The translations under genes were made by a program, and so were the position numbers. A stretch of DNA of 64,000 nucleotides from an uncultured Erysipelotrichaceae bacterium (GTDB taxonomy: Bacteria > Bacillota_I > Bacilli_A > RF39 > UBA660). Of the stretch, positions 20,085-30,606 are shown one piece after another; positions within the stretch are counted from its first letter, which is position 1; every line of letters begins with the position of its first letter. The notes below the pieces were generated by a model that did no database searches, was not told the origin of the DNA, and saw only the letters and a list, made by a program, of their open reading frames with translations. Location: the NCBI GenBank assembly GCA_902801525.1, contig CADCIN010000004.1, forward strand, positions 16,948 through 80,947, written 5' to 3'.

Positions 20085-21602
20085 CTACTTATTAACAATT
20101 CTTTGAAATAAAGCTACAGGAGTTGATAAAGAATATTCATTTTCCTCAACAAATCCAAGATTTTTAACAAAGTTATTTAATTGATCAGATATTTTTTTAC
20201 TGGTATCAGGTATAAATGGTTCTAAAAATACACCACATACTCTAATTGATTCTAATAAATTATATAAAACTGTTTCTAGTCTATCTTTACTATTGTCATC
20301 TTTTGCAAGAACCCAAGGTGTTGTAATATCAATATACTTATTACTTAATCTTAGTAAATTAAAAATTTCCGTAACAGCATCACTAACTTGTAATTTTAAC
20401 ATCTTCTCTTCTACATTTGTTTCAAGTTCATTAATATTATTAATAAATTCCAAGTCATCTTTATTATTAACTTTTTTATTAGTTATTTTACCATCAAAAT
20501 ATTTATTTCCCATTGAAATAGTTCTTAGAACTAAATTACCTAAAATATTTGCTAAATCTCCATTTATTCTTTCTTCAAGTAATTCAAAAGTAATATTACC
20601 ATCGTTGGCAAATGGAATTTCATGAATTAAATAATATCTAACTGCATCAACACCATATTTTTCTACTAGTTCATCTGCATAAATAACATTTCCTTTTGAC
20701 TTACTCATTTTATCATTGTTCATTAAAAGCCAAGAATGCCCAAATACCATTTTTGGAATTGGTAAATCCAAAGACCATAAAAAGCATGGCCAGTAAATAG
20801 TATGAAATCTAATAATGTCTTTTCCAATTAAATGTAAATCAGCAGGCCAATATTTTTCAAAAGTATCACTTTGATATTCAACATCATAACCAATATTAGT
20901 AATATAATTTGTTAAAGCATCAAGCCAAACATAAACAACATGTTTAGAATCAAAATCAACAGGTATTCCCCATGAAAATGAAGTTCTTGAAACACATAAA
21001 TCTTGTAAACCAGGTTTAATAAAATTATTTAACATTTCATTTCTTCTAGATTCAGGCTGAATAAAATCAGGATTATTTTCAATAAATGATTCTAATTTCT
21101 TTTGATATTTAGAAAGTTTAAAGAAATAAGCTTCTTCACTAGCTTCATGAACATCTCTTCCACAATCAGGACATTTTCCATCGACCAATTGAGATTCAGT
21201 CCAAAAAGATTCACAAGGTGTGCAATAAAGTCCTTTGTATTCACCTTTATAAATATCACCTTTATCATACATTTTCTTAAAAATATGTTGAACAACCTTT
21301 TCATGAACAGGATCAGTAGTTCTAACAAATTTATCATAACTGGTATTCATTAAATCCCAAATTCTTTTTATCTCACTTGAAATATTATCTACATATTCCT
21401 TAGGAGTAATTCCAGCTTCTCTAGCTTTAATTTCAATTTTTTCTCCATGCTCATCTGTACCAGTTTGAAAATAAACATCAAATCCTTTTAATCTTTTATA
21501 TCTTGCAATCGCATCAGCAAGTACTACTTCATAAGTATTACCAATATGAGGTTTACCAGAAGTATATGCAATAGCGGTACTAATATAAAACTTATTTTCC
21601 AT
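20085..21602 (-). CDS. metG: Methionyl-tRNA synthetase, short form without the C-terminal tRNA-binding domain
   Basis: HIGH (KPHIGNTY), Zn knuckle CPDCG and KMSKS. True ATG (MENKFYIS) preceded by GGAGGAAT. The 22 upstream ORF-track codons overlap the T-box leader. Confidence 0.95.
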   Translation of the reverse strand: MENKFYISTAIAYTSGKPHIGNTYEVVLADAIARYKRLKGFDVYFQTGTDEHGEKIEIKAREAGITPKEYVDNISSEIKRIWDLMNTSYDKFVRTTDPVHEKVVQHIFKKMYDKGDIYKGEYKGLYCTPCESFWTESQLVDGKCPDCGRDVHEASEEAYFFKLSKYQKKLESFIENNPDFIQPESRRNEMLNNFIKPGLQDLCVSRTSFSWGIPVDFDSKHVVYVWLDALTNYITNIGYDVEYQSDTFEKYWPADLHLIGKDIIRFHTIYWPCFLWSLDLPIPKMVFGHSWLLMNNDKMSKSKGNVIYADELVEKYGVDAVRYYLIHEIPFANDGNITFELLEERINGDLANILGNLVLRTISMGNKYFDGKITNKKVNNKDDLEFINNINELETNVEEKMLKLQVSDAVTEIFNLLRLSNKYIDITTPWVLAKDDNSKDRLETVLYNLLESIRVCGVFLEPFIPDTSKKISDQLNNFVKNLGFVEENEYSLSTPVALFQRIVNK

Positions 21603-21806
21603 AATATTCCTCCATTCATAAAATAAAAAAATATTATAAATATAAGGACGTCTAATACGCGGTACCACCTTATTTTATAATATTTCTATTATACACTCTT
21701 ATTTGTTAACGCCATCTACGTTTATGTTTACATATCAACATAACTGTTCAAAAGCCATAGTATTATATTAATAATTATCTTTTTCACCAACCAAGACTCT
21801 CTAAAA
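21603..21806 (-). promoter_or_regulatory. T-box riboswitch leader of metG
   Basis: The minus strand reads AATAAGGTGGTACCGCG (21674..21658), the conserved T-box sequence. An AGAGAG stem-I start lies at ~21802. An ATG triplet sits in the candidate specifier region (ATACTATGGC). A predicted antiterminator bulge UGGU is followed by a T7 run. Confidence 0.8.
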
Positions 21807-21866
21807 ATTATATAATATAAACCTCTTTTTCAAAACATTTATAAAGGAATTCTAACATAAAACTAA

Positions 21867-22397
21867 TTATTCTTCAAGATATTTTTCTAAAAATTGTGAT
21901 ACAATATTTGCAATTTTCTCATCTATAGTACTAATATTATCTGAACTTGATAAAATAATAAAAAGCCCCATAATATCACCATTAACATTAATAGGATAAA
22001 TAATATAAGAAAATTTATTTACTTCATTTTCAACTAATTCAATATTAGTAAGACTACTTTCAACGATTTTAGTTCGTTTTTCAATAATACTTTCTAAATA
22101 CTTAGAAATATTTTTTAACATAAAACTTTTCTTAAGAGAATTTGAACATGCAATAATTTTATCTCTATCTGTAATCAAAATATCTTTTTTAATGTTATTA
22201 TAAATAATATTAACTAACTGATCAGAAATATCTTCAATATCACCCATTTTAGAGAATTTTTTTAGAGTAATCATTTCTTTATCTACAAATATTTCTAAAT
22301 TTTCACCATCTTTAATTCTCATCGTACGTCGAATTTCTTTTGGAATAACAATTCTACCAAGATCATCAATTCTTCTGACTACACCAGTTGATTTCAT
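21867..22397 (-). CDS. spoVT: Stage V sporulation transcription factor SpoVT (AbrB N-domain plus GAF-like C-domain)
   Basis: N-terminus MKSTGVVRRIDDLGRIVIPKEIRRTMRI is a canonical SpoVT/AbrB swapped hairpin. 176 aa. Lies next to mfd. Confidence 0.85.
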   Translation of the reverse strand: MKSTGVVRRIDDLGRIVIPKEIRRTMRIKDGENLEIFVDKEMITLKKFSKMGDIEDISDQLVNIIYNNIKKDILITDRDKIIACSNSLKKSFMLKNISKYLESIIEKRTKIVESSLTNIELVENEVNKFSYIIYPINVNGDIMGLFIILSSSDNISTIDEKIANIVSQFLEKYLEE

Positions 22398-22583
22398 AAT
22401 TACTCCCTTCTTTCTACATACTAATATTCTCTACAAATAAAAAATAAATATACTTTATTATTTATTTAAAAAAAATTATAAGAAACCTTAACCATATTAT
22501 AAACAATTATTAAAAAAAATTATTTGGTAAATATTTCCATATTTAAAATGCAACAAAAAAAGAACAATTATAAAATGTTCTTT

Positions 22584-23240
22584 TTAATTAAAAATATGAG
22601 AATTTTTTTGAGTAAACATATATCTTTCACCTTGTTCTTTAATCAAGTTAATTAACGTTGTATCCTTTACTAAAACTTTAAAATCAATATTTTCAAGTAA
22701 TTGTTTTTCATAAGTACTTTTTAAATATTTTTTAATGTTTAAGCTTACCTTATTAATAACTTCTTTATCACAATCTTTTGTAAATAAATTGTTTACATTA
22801 TTTACGATTTTTTCTTCACTTAGATCTATTAATTTTGATTTAATTGATTTTTTAATCTTTGAATTTAATGAATTAAAATCCTTTTTATTAATTTTAATTA
22901 AATCAAAATCATTACTTTGTTTAAAATCATCAACAATTTTAATTAGAAAATCATTTCTCTCTTTTTTAAATTTTAAAGCAAATTTAAACAAATCTTTTCT
23001 AAAAGATTCTATTATTTTATTGTAATTTTCATCATTTAAAACAATTTTCTCTTTCTTAGCAATATCTAAAAATTTATTTTTTATTATATCCATAGAATCT
23101 AAAGGAGGTTTATTAATTAAAGAGCTAATATCTTCATCAAATAATACATTAGAATTATTCTTAATTAACTCTATAATAGCGTTTTTATAATTATTAAAAT
23201 GTTGTTTTTTTAACTCATTTAAAGTATTTTCATCGTTCAT
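22584..23240 (-). CDS. Hypothetical Lys/Asn-rich protein
   Basis: Long ORF co-oriented with its neighbours. ATG (MNDENTL) preceded by AGGAAGTG. Predicted mostly helical. No recognisable motif. Confidence 0.45.
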   Translation of the reverse strand: MNDENTLNELKKQHFNNYKNAIIELIKNNSNVLFDEDISSLINKPPLDSMDIIKNKFLDIAKKEKIVLNDENYNKIIESFRKDLFKFALKFKKERNDFLIKIVDDFKQSNDFDLIKINKKDFNSLNSKIKKSIKSKLIDLSEEKIVNNVNNLFTKDCDKEVINKVSLNIKKYLKSTYEKQLLENIDFKVLVKDTTLINLIKEQGERYMFTQKNSHIFN

Positions 23241-23282
23241 ATATACACTTCCTAGCATTGTAAGTTTAACAAGCATTAATAA

Positions 23283-26200
23283 CTAAGTCAAGTTATTGTT
23301 TATAGTTTTTTTTATATAATCTAATAAGTCAACAAGATAATAAATAGGATGTTTATCTAGCTTAATAATATCTAAAATAATAATTAAATTAGAACCTCTA
23401 CTCATGAATCTAAACATTGGAGAAATCTTAAAAGATTCAACAAAAACATCTTCAGTATTTATACATTTAACAGTTTCTTCAGGAAATACTAATTCAATAG
23501 AATTTTTATTCTGATTAACATGTCTAATTTTTAATAAATCTGCCAATTTTTCAAACCATTCTTCATACATATACACGAGCATATTATCATCAATTTTTCC
23601 AAATCTATCTTCTAATTCTTCTAATACTGAATTCAATTTTTCCTTTGAATCAATCTCATTAATTTTTCTATGAATTTCTATTTTCAAGTCATCATCTAAA
23701 ACATAACCGTCAGAAATATGAGTAGAAACACTTAGTAAAGGTTGCTTATCTACATCATTTTCTGATTTCAAATTATTATTATCAATATTTTTTCTTTTTG
23801 CAACCTCATCATTTAACATTTTCAAATATAAGTCAATTCCAACTGAATCTATAAATCCAGCCTGTTCACTTCCTAAAATATCACCAGCACCACGAATAGA
23901 TAAATCACGAGTAGCAATTGAAAAACCACTTCCAAGTTCAGTAAACTCTTTTATAACATTCAGTCTTTTAACAGCAGTTTCAGTTAAAACCTTTGACTTT
24001 TTATAGAATAAATAAGCATAAGCAAACTTATCACTTCTACCTACTCTACCTCTTATCTGATATAGCTGACTAAGTCCAAATCTATCAGCATCAATAATAA
24101 TTAAAGTATTAACATTAGGTATATCAATACCAGTTTCAATAATAGTTGTACAAATCAAAATATCAAATTTATGATTAATAAAATCATAAATAGTATTTTC
24201 TAGCTGAGTTTTAGACATTTGACCATGTGCAATAACAACACTTGCATCAGGAGCTAACTTTTGTATTTCACTTGCATATCTATCGATTGATTCAACCTTA
24301 TTATAAAGAATAAAAACTTGTCCATTTCTAGATAATTCTTTATAAATAGCATCTTTTATAATTTGATCATTTTCCTCAACAACATAAGTTTGAACAGGAT
24401 ATCTATTAACTGGCGGAGTTTCAATCAAAGACAAACTTCTTATTCCAACCATAGACATTTGTAAAGTTCTAGGAATAGGTGTAGCAGTAAGAGTCAAAAC
24501 ATCAACATTGTTTTTATAACTCTTAATCTTTTCTTTATGAGCAACGCCAAACCTTTGTTCTTCATCGATAACAAGAAGTCCAAGATTTTTAGGCATAATA
24601 TCATCACTTAAAAGTCTGTGAGTACCAAAAACAAGATCAATAGTACCATCTTTTAAGCCATTTACAATTTCAATTACTTTCCTCTTTGGAGTAAACCTAT
24701 TAAGTAATGCAATAGAAACAGGATAATTTTTAAATCTTTTTAATGCATTTTCATAATGCTGATTAGAAAGTATAGTAGTTGGACATAAAAATAGAACTTG
24801 TTTAGAATCTAAGATAGCCTTAAAAGAAGCAACAAATGCAACTTCAGTCTTACCAAAACCAACATCACCACATAATAAACGATCCATTGGAACTTGTTTT
24901 TCCATATCACCCTTAATTTGAGAAATAGCAATAGATTGATCTTTAGTTAAATCATAAGGAAATTCATTTTCAAAATCAGTCATCAATTCATTATCTTTAG
25001 AAAAGGCAAAACCCTTACTAGCTTCTCTTTTTGAATATAAATCTAATAATTTATCAGCCATATCATTGACTCTATTTCGTACCCTAGCTTTAGTTTTTTC
25101 CCAATCATTTCCACCTAACTTATTAACTTTAGGAATAGAACCATCTTTACCTGAATATTTATAAAGAATATCAATTTTTTCAACAGGAATATATAATTTA
25201 TCTTTTCCCTGATATAAAACTTCAATATAATCCTTATCTAAATTATTTAAAGAAATAGTTTTAATACCATTATAAATACCAATACCATGATTTATATGAA
25301 CAACATAGTCACCAATCTCCAATTTATTTAAATCTTTAATACTAATACCATATTTAAATTTATTATTATGCTTTTTAGGATTTTGTTTAATATCAAAAAG
25401 TTCTTTAGATGTTATTAATATTAAATCATTATAAATAAATCCATTATTAAAATCATAATCTATTAAATTAACTTGATTGAGTTCTATATTTTTAATATCA
25501 GATTCAATAACTTTCATATTCAAAAACTTATAAGCCGATTTAAATTGATATTTTTTTAAACCAATAACTATAGTCTTACCATTTGAAATTGACTTTCTAA
25601 TAAAATCATTAATAGAATCAGCATTCTCATGAAATAAAGGAACTGATTTAACATTAAAATCAACAACATCAACCCCATTATTAGAAATATTATTAATATT
25701 CATATAATAAACATAATTTTCAGGATTAATATCATTAAAATCAAACATATAATTGCCATCAAAAACAATATCTCTCTTTTCTTTATATTCAATAATTTGA
25801 TTACAAATATTTAAATAAGAAATTTTAAGTTGGTCATAATCTTTATAAAAAACATAAGGTATATTTAAATAATCATAAATTGATTGAACTCTATCGTATT
25901 TAGGAAGAAATTTTTGTTTTCCAAGATGTAATTCGTCCACATTTTTATCTAATGTAATAAATTCCCAACATGGTAAAATAGTTACTTCGTTTATACTTTT
26001 AATTGATTTTTGAGTTTCAGGATCAAAATATCTAATTGAATCAATTTCATCGTCAAAAAATTCAATTCTAACTGGATAATCCTCATCTAAAGGAAAAATA
26101 TCAATAATAAATCCTCTAACACCATACTCACCAGTTTTATCAACAAGAGTATCTTTAACATAACCTAAATTAATTAATTTATCCACAAGTACTTTATGGT

Positions 26201-26606
26201 TAATTACGTCATTATTTTTTAAATTCAAAATTGAATTTTTAAAAGTATCTTTATTAGGCAAATATCTCAAATATCCCATAATATTAGTTATAACAATATA
26301 ATTATCATTATTAATAATTGAATTTTTTAAACAATCAAGACGTTCAAATTCAAGATCTGGACTTACTGCTAAAGCTTCACTTGTTAAAAAATCATCCATA
26401 GGAAAAAGCAAACATTTATCAGTATATTTTTTTAAAGAAGAATAAATTTTATTAGCTTCATAAATACTATCAACAACCACTAAAATATCACTTTTATATT
26501 TATCAAGAAAATTAGTTAAATACAAACAAAAAAATTCATCGGTAATACCAGTTATACCCATGTTTTTTTTATAATCTATTTTTATGTAATCATTAAACAT
26601 ATTCAT
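23283..26606 (-). CDS. mfd: Transcription-repair coupling factor
   Basis: 1107 aa. CarD/TRCF RNAP-interacting domain, SF2 helicase motifs GDVGFGKTEVA and DEEQRFG, and a TRG motif region. Confidence 0.95.
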   Translation of the reverse strand: MNMFNDYIKIDYKKNMGITGITDEFFCLYLTNFLDKYKSDILVVVDSIYEANKIYSSLKKYTDKCLLFPMDDFLTSEALAVSPDLEFERLDCLKNSIINNDNYIVITNIMGYLRYLPNKDTFKNSILNLKNNDVINHKVLVDKLINLGYVKDTLVDKTGEYGVRGFIIDIFPLDEDYPVRIEFFDDEIDSIRYFDPETQKSIKSINEVTILPCWEFITLDKNVDELHLGKQKFLPKYDRVQSIYDYLNIPYVFYKDYDQLKISYLNICNQIIEYKEKRDIVFDGNYMFDFNDINPENYVYYMNINNISNNGVDVVDFNVKSVPLFHENADSINDFIRKSISNGKTIVIGLKKYQFKSAYKFLNMKVIESDIKNIELNQVNLIDYDFNNGFIYNDLILITSKELFDIKQNPKKHNNKFKYGISIKDLNKLEIGDYVVHINHGIGIYNGIKTISLNNLDKDYIEVLYQGKDKLYIPVEKIDILYKYSGKDGSIPKVNKLGGNDWEKTKARVRNRVNDMADKLLDLYSKREASKGFAFSKDNELMTDFENEFPYDLTKDQSIAISQIKGDMEKQVPMDRLLCGDVGFGKTEVAFVASFKAILDSKQVLFLCPTTILSNQHYENALKRFKNYPVSIALLNRFTPKRKVIEIVNGLKDGTIDLVFGTHRLLSDDIMPKNLGLLVIDEEQRFGVAHKEKIKSYKNNVDVLTLTATPIPRTLQMSMVGIRSLSLIETPPVNRYPVQTYVVEENDQIIKDAIYKELSRNGQVFILYNKVESIDRYASEIQKLAPDASVVIAHGQMSKTQLENTIYDFINHKFDILICTTIIETGIDIPNVNTLIIIDADRFGLSQLYQIRGRVGRSDKFAYAYLFYKKSKVLTETAVKRLNVIKEFTELGSGFSIATRDLSIRGAGDILGSEQAGFIDSVGIDLYLKMLNDEVAKRKNIDNNNLKSENDVDKQPLLSVSTHISDGYVLDDDLKIEIHRKINEIDSKEKLNSVLEELEDRFGKIDDNMLVYMYEEWFEKLADLLKIRHVNQNKNSIELVFPEETVKCINTEDVFVESFKISPMFRFMSRGSNLIIILDIIKLDKHPIYYLVDLLDYIKKTINNNLT

Positions 26607-26610
26607 AAAA

Positions 26611-27177
26611 TCACCTATTTTTTCGATTATATTTACTCATTAAATCATGAAAATTATTGTTAAAAGAATCTAAAATAATTTTACTAATAATATTATATAA
26701 TTCATTATAAATATCAATATCCGATTTAGAAAATTTACCTAAAACATAATCTTTAGTATCAATATTCTTATCATTAGAAATTCCTATCTTTATTCTTTTA
26801 TATTCTTCAGTACCTAAATGAAGTGCAATATTCTTTAAACCATTATGTCCTCCACTTGAACCTTTATCTCTTAATCTAAAATTACCAACAAATAAATCTA
26901 AATCATCAGAAATTATAAGAATATCTTCGATATTAATTTTATAAAAATCAACAAACTTTCTAACAACTTCACCACTTAAATTCATATAAGATTGAGGTTT
27001 TAAAAAAATAACTTTTTCATTATTAATTAAACAATCAACATACAAGCCATTAAATTTACTTTTCCAAATACCAAAATTATTATCTTCAACAAGTTTATCT
27101 AGCATAAAAAAACCTATATTATGTCTAGTATTTTCATATTCTTTACCAGGATTACCAAGGCCAACAACAAGTTTCAT
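26611..27177 (-). CDS. pth: Peptidyl-tRNA hydrolase
   Basis: VGLGNPG..Y..TRHNIGF and GGHNGLKNI. Confidence 0.95.
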   Translation of the reverse strand: MKLVVGLGNPGKEYENTRHNIGFFMLDKLVEDNNFGIWKSKFNGLYVDCLINNEKVIFLKPQSYMNLSGEVVRKFVDFYKINIEDILIISDDLDLFVGNFRLRDKGSSGGHNGLKNIALHLGTEEYKRIKIGISNDKNIDTKDYVLGKFSKSDIDIYNELYNIISKIILDSFNNNFHDLMSKYNRKNR

Positions 27178-27188
27178 TAAATCACTCC

Positions 27189-28025
27189 TTAAATATTATG
27201 ATATTCTTTATAAATAATTGATTTAGCAACATTTCTTTCTTTTGCAACTAACTTAATAGCTTCATTTTTATTCATACCATCGTTAACATATAAATTGACA
27301 TGATCAACAATAGATAAACTACTATAATCTACTATTTCGTTATTACCTTCAACAATAATAACCATTTCACCTTTCATGGAAGAACATAAAGGAATAATTG
27401 ATTCAATACTACCTCTATATATTTCTTCATGAATTTTAGAAAGTTCTCTACATACACAAATTTTTCTATTACCAAATATACTTAAAATATTTTTTAAAGT
27501 ATTTTCAATTCTGTGAGGTGCTTCATAAAATATCATAGTATATTTATAATTAACTAAAGACTTCAATTCTTTAATTTGTTTAGAATTTTTAGAATTTAAA
27601 AAACCATAAAAAATAAAAGGCATAGGATTTAAACCAGAACAAATTAAAGCAGGAACAAAGGCAGTAGCACCAGGGAGTCCTATAACATTAAAATTAGCTT
27701 CAATAACTGCTTTAGAAATAATAAATCCAGGATCACTAATAATAGGAGAACCTTGATCAGTAATTAACCCAATATTTTTTCCATTATCAAGTTCTTTTAT
27801 AACATAATTTTTTATTTTTTCTTCATTAAACTCATGACAACTAACAAGTCTTTTATTTATATTATATTTCTTTAATAATTTTCCACTTTCTCTAGTATCT
27901 TCACTTAAAATAAAATCAACACTTTTTAATAATTCAAGAGATCTAAAAGTAATATCATCTAAATTACCAATAGGTGTTGGAATTAAATATAAACTTGGAG
28001 AATCATCATAACTTTTCTGACTCAT
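27189..28025 (-). CDS. rsmI: 16S rRNA (cytidine1402-2'-O)-methyltransferase
   Basis: LYLIPTPIGNLDDIT, ILSEDTR, and a tetrapyrrole-methylase-like fold pattern. Confidence 0.9.
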   Translation of the reverse strand: MSQKSYDDSPSLYLIPTPIGNLDDITFRSLELLKSVDFILSEDTRESGKLLKKYNINKRLVSCHEFNEEKIKNYVIKELDNGKNIGLITDQGSPIISDPGFIISKAVIEANFNVIGLPGATAFVPALICSGLNPMPFIFYGFLNSKNSKQIKELKSLVNYKYTMIFYEAPHRIENTLKNILSIFGNRKICVCRELSKIHEEIYRGSIESIIPLCSSMKGEMVIIVEGNNEIVDYSSLSIVDHVNLYVNDGMNKNEAIKLVAKERNVAKSIIYKEYHNI

Positions 28026-28753
28026 AAATTCACCTCACTAATTAACTTATTATACATTTCAGTATAAGAACCATCATTATTATATAATATAAAAGGATTT
28101 TCAACAATTAAACCAGATTTTCCCATCTTTACTCCTTCAATAAAAAATAAAATAGATTGCTTTTTTTCTTTTTCATATATAAAAGAAATTCTTTTAGGTT
28201 CAATTTTATATTTTCTAAATAAATCAACAACTTCTAAAAAACGATCAGTTCTAAGAACCATAGCAAGTCTTCCCCCATCCTTTAATAATTTCTTAGAAAT
28301 ATCAAGAATTTCTTCAAGTTTTATACAAATCTCATGTCTAGCAATCATTTTTTCTTTTGAATTATTAACAAACTTAGAATCATTAAATTTAAAATATGGT
28401 GGATTACAAGTAATAACATCAAAACTATTAATTGTTTTATTAAAGACAAATTTTTTCATATCACAATTAATAATATTGATTTGATCATCTAACTCATTAT
28501 AATCAACAGATTCCTGTGCTAATAAAGATAACTTTTCTTGAATTTCAATTCCAATAATATTTTTCTTAGTCCTTAATGACAAAATTAGTGGAATAACACC
28601 ATTTCCAGTACCTAAATCTAAAATATTATTAATCTTTTTATTTAAAGTAACAAAATTAGCAAGTATTACACTATCAAGTGAAAAAGAAAAGCATTCGTCG
28701 TCTTGATAAATTTTTCTATTTTTATATCCTAAAATATCATTTAATGACTTCAT
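28022..28753 (-). CDS. SAM-dependent methyltransferase, YabB/TrmN6-like (tRNA m6A37)
   Basis: DLGTGNGVIPLIL SAM motif and a CNPPYF catalytic motif. Confidence 0.75.
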   Translation of the reverse strand: MKSLNDILGYKNRKIYQDDECFSFSLDSVILANFVTLNKKINNILDLGTGNGVIPLILSLRTKKNIIGIEIQEKLSLLAQESVDYNELDDQINIINCDMKKFVFNKTINSFDVITCNPPYFKFNDSKFVNNSKEKMIARHEICIKLEEILDISKKLLKDGGRLAMVLRTDRFLEVVDLFRKYKIEPKRISFIYEKEKKQSILFFIEGVKMGKSGLIVENPFILYNNDGSYTEMYNKLISEVNL

Positions 28754-29537
28754 ATTTATCCCCTAACTTAATCTCAATTTCACCATCAGAAGTATTTAAA
28801 ACAAAAGATTCAGTTAATAAATTAAAAGAAATAACATCACCAACTACATCATTAAATTTAATCTTTGTACCCATTTTAGGCATCATTTTTTTTAAAGAAG
28901 TATAAACCTCATTTTCATAAGAAAGGCAACATAATAATCTACCACAAACTCCATTTATTTTATTTGGATTTAAGGCAAAATTTTGATTTTTAGCCATATT
29001 AATAGAAACACTATTAAAACCATTTAAAAAGCTATTGCAACATAATTTCATTCCACAAGGACCTAAACCACCAATTTTTTTTGCAGCATCGCGAACTCCA
29101 ACTTGTCTAAGTTCAATTCTAGTTTTATATTTCTGAGCTAATTTTTTTGCAAATTCTCTAAAATCAATTCTATCATCAGAAATAAAATTAAAAAAAAGTT
29201 GTTTGTTATCAAGACTATAACAAGAGTCAATAATCTTAATATTTAAATTTAATTTTTTAGAAATTTTTTCAGCATATAAAACAGCATCCTTAGAAAGCAA
29301 GATATTATTATTATAAGTATTAATATCATCTAAAGTAGCAATTCTATCAACATTTATCAAAGGTAAATTCAAATTTTTATTATCCAGCTCATATACATCA
29401 GATAAAGATTTACCAGCAAAAAAAACATTATCAAAATTAACAACTATTAAATCATTCTTTTTTATATTTAAATCACCAGGAGATAAATAATAAGCCCTAG
29501 CATCATAATCAAATTTAACACAAACAACTTTTTCCAT
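28737..29537 (-). CDS. ricT: PSP1-domain protein RicT/YaaT (stage 0 sporulation)
   Basis: PSP1 C-terminal region with a Cys cluster (GGLGPCGMKLCC, GRLLCCLSYE). Follows holB as in Bacillus. Confidence 0.85.
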   Translation of the reverse strand: MEKVVCVKFDYDARAYYLSPGDLNIKKNDLIVVNFDNVFFAGKSLSDVYELDNKNLNLPLINVDRIATLDDINTYNNNILLSKDAVLYAEKISKKLNLNIKIIDSCYSLDNKQLFFNFISDDRIDFREFAKKLAQKYKTRIELRQVGVRDAAKKIGGLGPCGMKLCCNSFLNGFNSVSINMAKNQNFALNPNKINGVCGRLLCCLSYENEVYTSLKKMMPKMGTKIKFNDVVGDVISFNLLTESFVLNTSDGEIEIKLGDKYEVIK

Positions 29538-29540
29538 TAC

Positions 29541-30383
29541 CTACACCTCCAACAAAATTCTAGAGTATAAATTGTCTAACCATAATTTTAAATTAACATT
29601 ATAATCTAGTTTTTTTATTTCAGTTTCAAATATGTTAATTAATACAGAAATCTGATTTAAATTATAATTATTTAAAATATTATATAAATTAGATTCTAAA
29701 TCATCAAAACAACTATCTTCTTTTAAATACTTAATAAAATAAGTAATAAAATTATTAAATCTAATAAAAGTACTATTTTTATCAATAAAAATATTATTTA
29801 AAATAAAATTATAATTAGTAAATAAACTCTTATTAAATATGCATTCAAAAAATCTAATATCATAATCGTCTAATTTAATATCTGAAAAATTAGTATCATC
29901 AATTTTTAAAATTTGACAACGAGAAATAATGGTATCCAATAACTTATATCTATTTTTTGTTAAAAGAATTGCAATTATATCAGGTTCAGGTTCTTCAATA
30001 AATTTAAGTAAAGTATTAGAAGAAGCTAAATTTAACTTTTCTGCTTCCTTAATAACATATACTCTTTTATTATCTAATAAAGATTTATTTTTAAAATCAT
30101 CTTGCAATTGAATTATTTGTTCTTTTCTTATTGCATTAGTATCAGTTTCAACTATTTTAATATCAGGATAATTACCATTATCTATTAAATAACAAATATT
30201 ACAACTACCACAATTTAAATTATCAAATTTATTTTCTTTATTATTACATAAAATCAATTTGATAAAATCAAATACTAATTTATAATCATCATCATAATTA
30301 TTTAATTCTATAATATAAGCATGTGATAATTTATTATTACTAATAATATTATTAACAGCATTAATAAAATTTGATTTTTTCAT
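29541..30383 (-). CDS. holB: DNA polymerase III delta-prime subunit
   Basis: LSHAYII start, Cys-rich insert (CGSCNIC), and SNTLLKFIEEP. ATG preceded by AGGTGA; the ORF-track start is a GTG three codons upstream. Confidence 0.8.
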   Translation of the reverse strand: MKKSNFINAVNNIISNNKLSHAYIIELNNYDDDYKLVFDFIKLILCNNKENKFDNLNCGSCNICYLIDNGNYPDIKIVETDTNAIRKEQIIQLQDDFKNKSLLDNKRVYVIKEAEKLNLASSNTLLKFIEEPEPDIIAILLTKNRYKLLDTIISRCQILKIDDTNFSDIKLDDYDIRFFECIFNKSLFTNYNFILNNIFIDKNSTFIRFNNFITYFIKYLKEDSCFDDLESNLYNILNNYNLNQISVLINIFETEIKKLDYNVNLKLWLDNLYSRILLEV

Positions 30384-30392
30384 AATAATCAC

Positions 30393-30569
30393 CTACAAAA
30401 AAATTGTTTTAAATAAAATAAGAGCAAATAATCCTGGAGCCCCAAAAAAACAAATAAATAAAATAGAAAACAAATTAAAAGGTATAATCATATTGAAATT
30501 AACAGCAATTAAATTATAACCAAATAAAATAAAACAAGATATAAAGAGACGTTTAATAATTTTAATCAT
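30393..30569 (-). CDS. bofA: BofA-family small membrane protein (pro-sigma-K processing inhibitor-like)
   Basis: 58-aa ORF below the ORF-track cutoff, MIKIIKRLF...IIPFNLFSILFICFFGAPGLFALILFKTIFL. GGTGAT RBS. The C-terminus aligns with B. subtilis BofA (P.NL......G..G.PG..AL...K). Lies between recR and holB. Confidence 0.6.
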   Translation of the reverse strand: MIKIIKRLFISCFILFGYNLIAVNFNMIIPFNLFSILFICFFGAPGLFALILFKTIFL

Positions 30570-30606
30570 ATAATCACCTACTAATAATATGATTATATAG
30601 ATTAAA

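Noticed and set aside
19830-20095. Small ORFs in the tatD-metG spacer: a 28-aa hydrophobic peptide on the minus strand and a 45-aa basic peptide on the plus strand.
   Set aside because: Neither has a convincing RBS or a recognisable family. ORFs of that size are expected by chance in a spacer of this composition.
20293-21353. ORFs 20293-20625 (+), 21102-21353 (+) and 21092-21337 (-, alternative frame).
   Set aside because: All lie inside metG. The MetRS frame carries HIGH, KMSKS and zinc motifs, and the others are frame or strand shadows.
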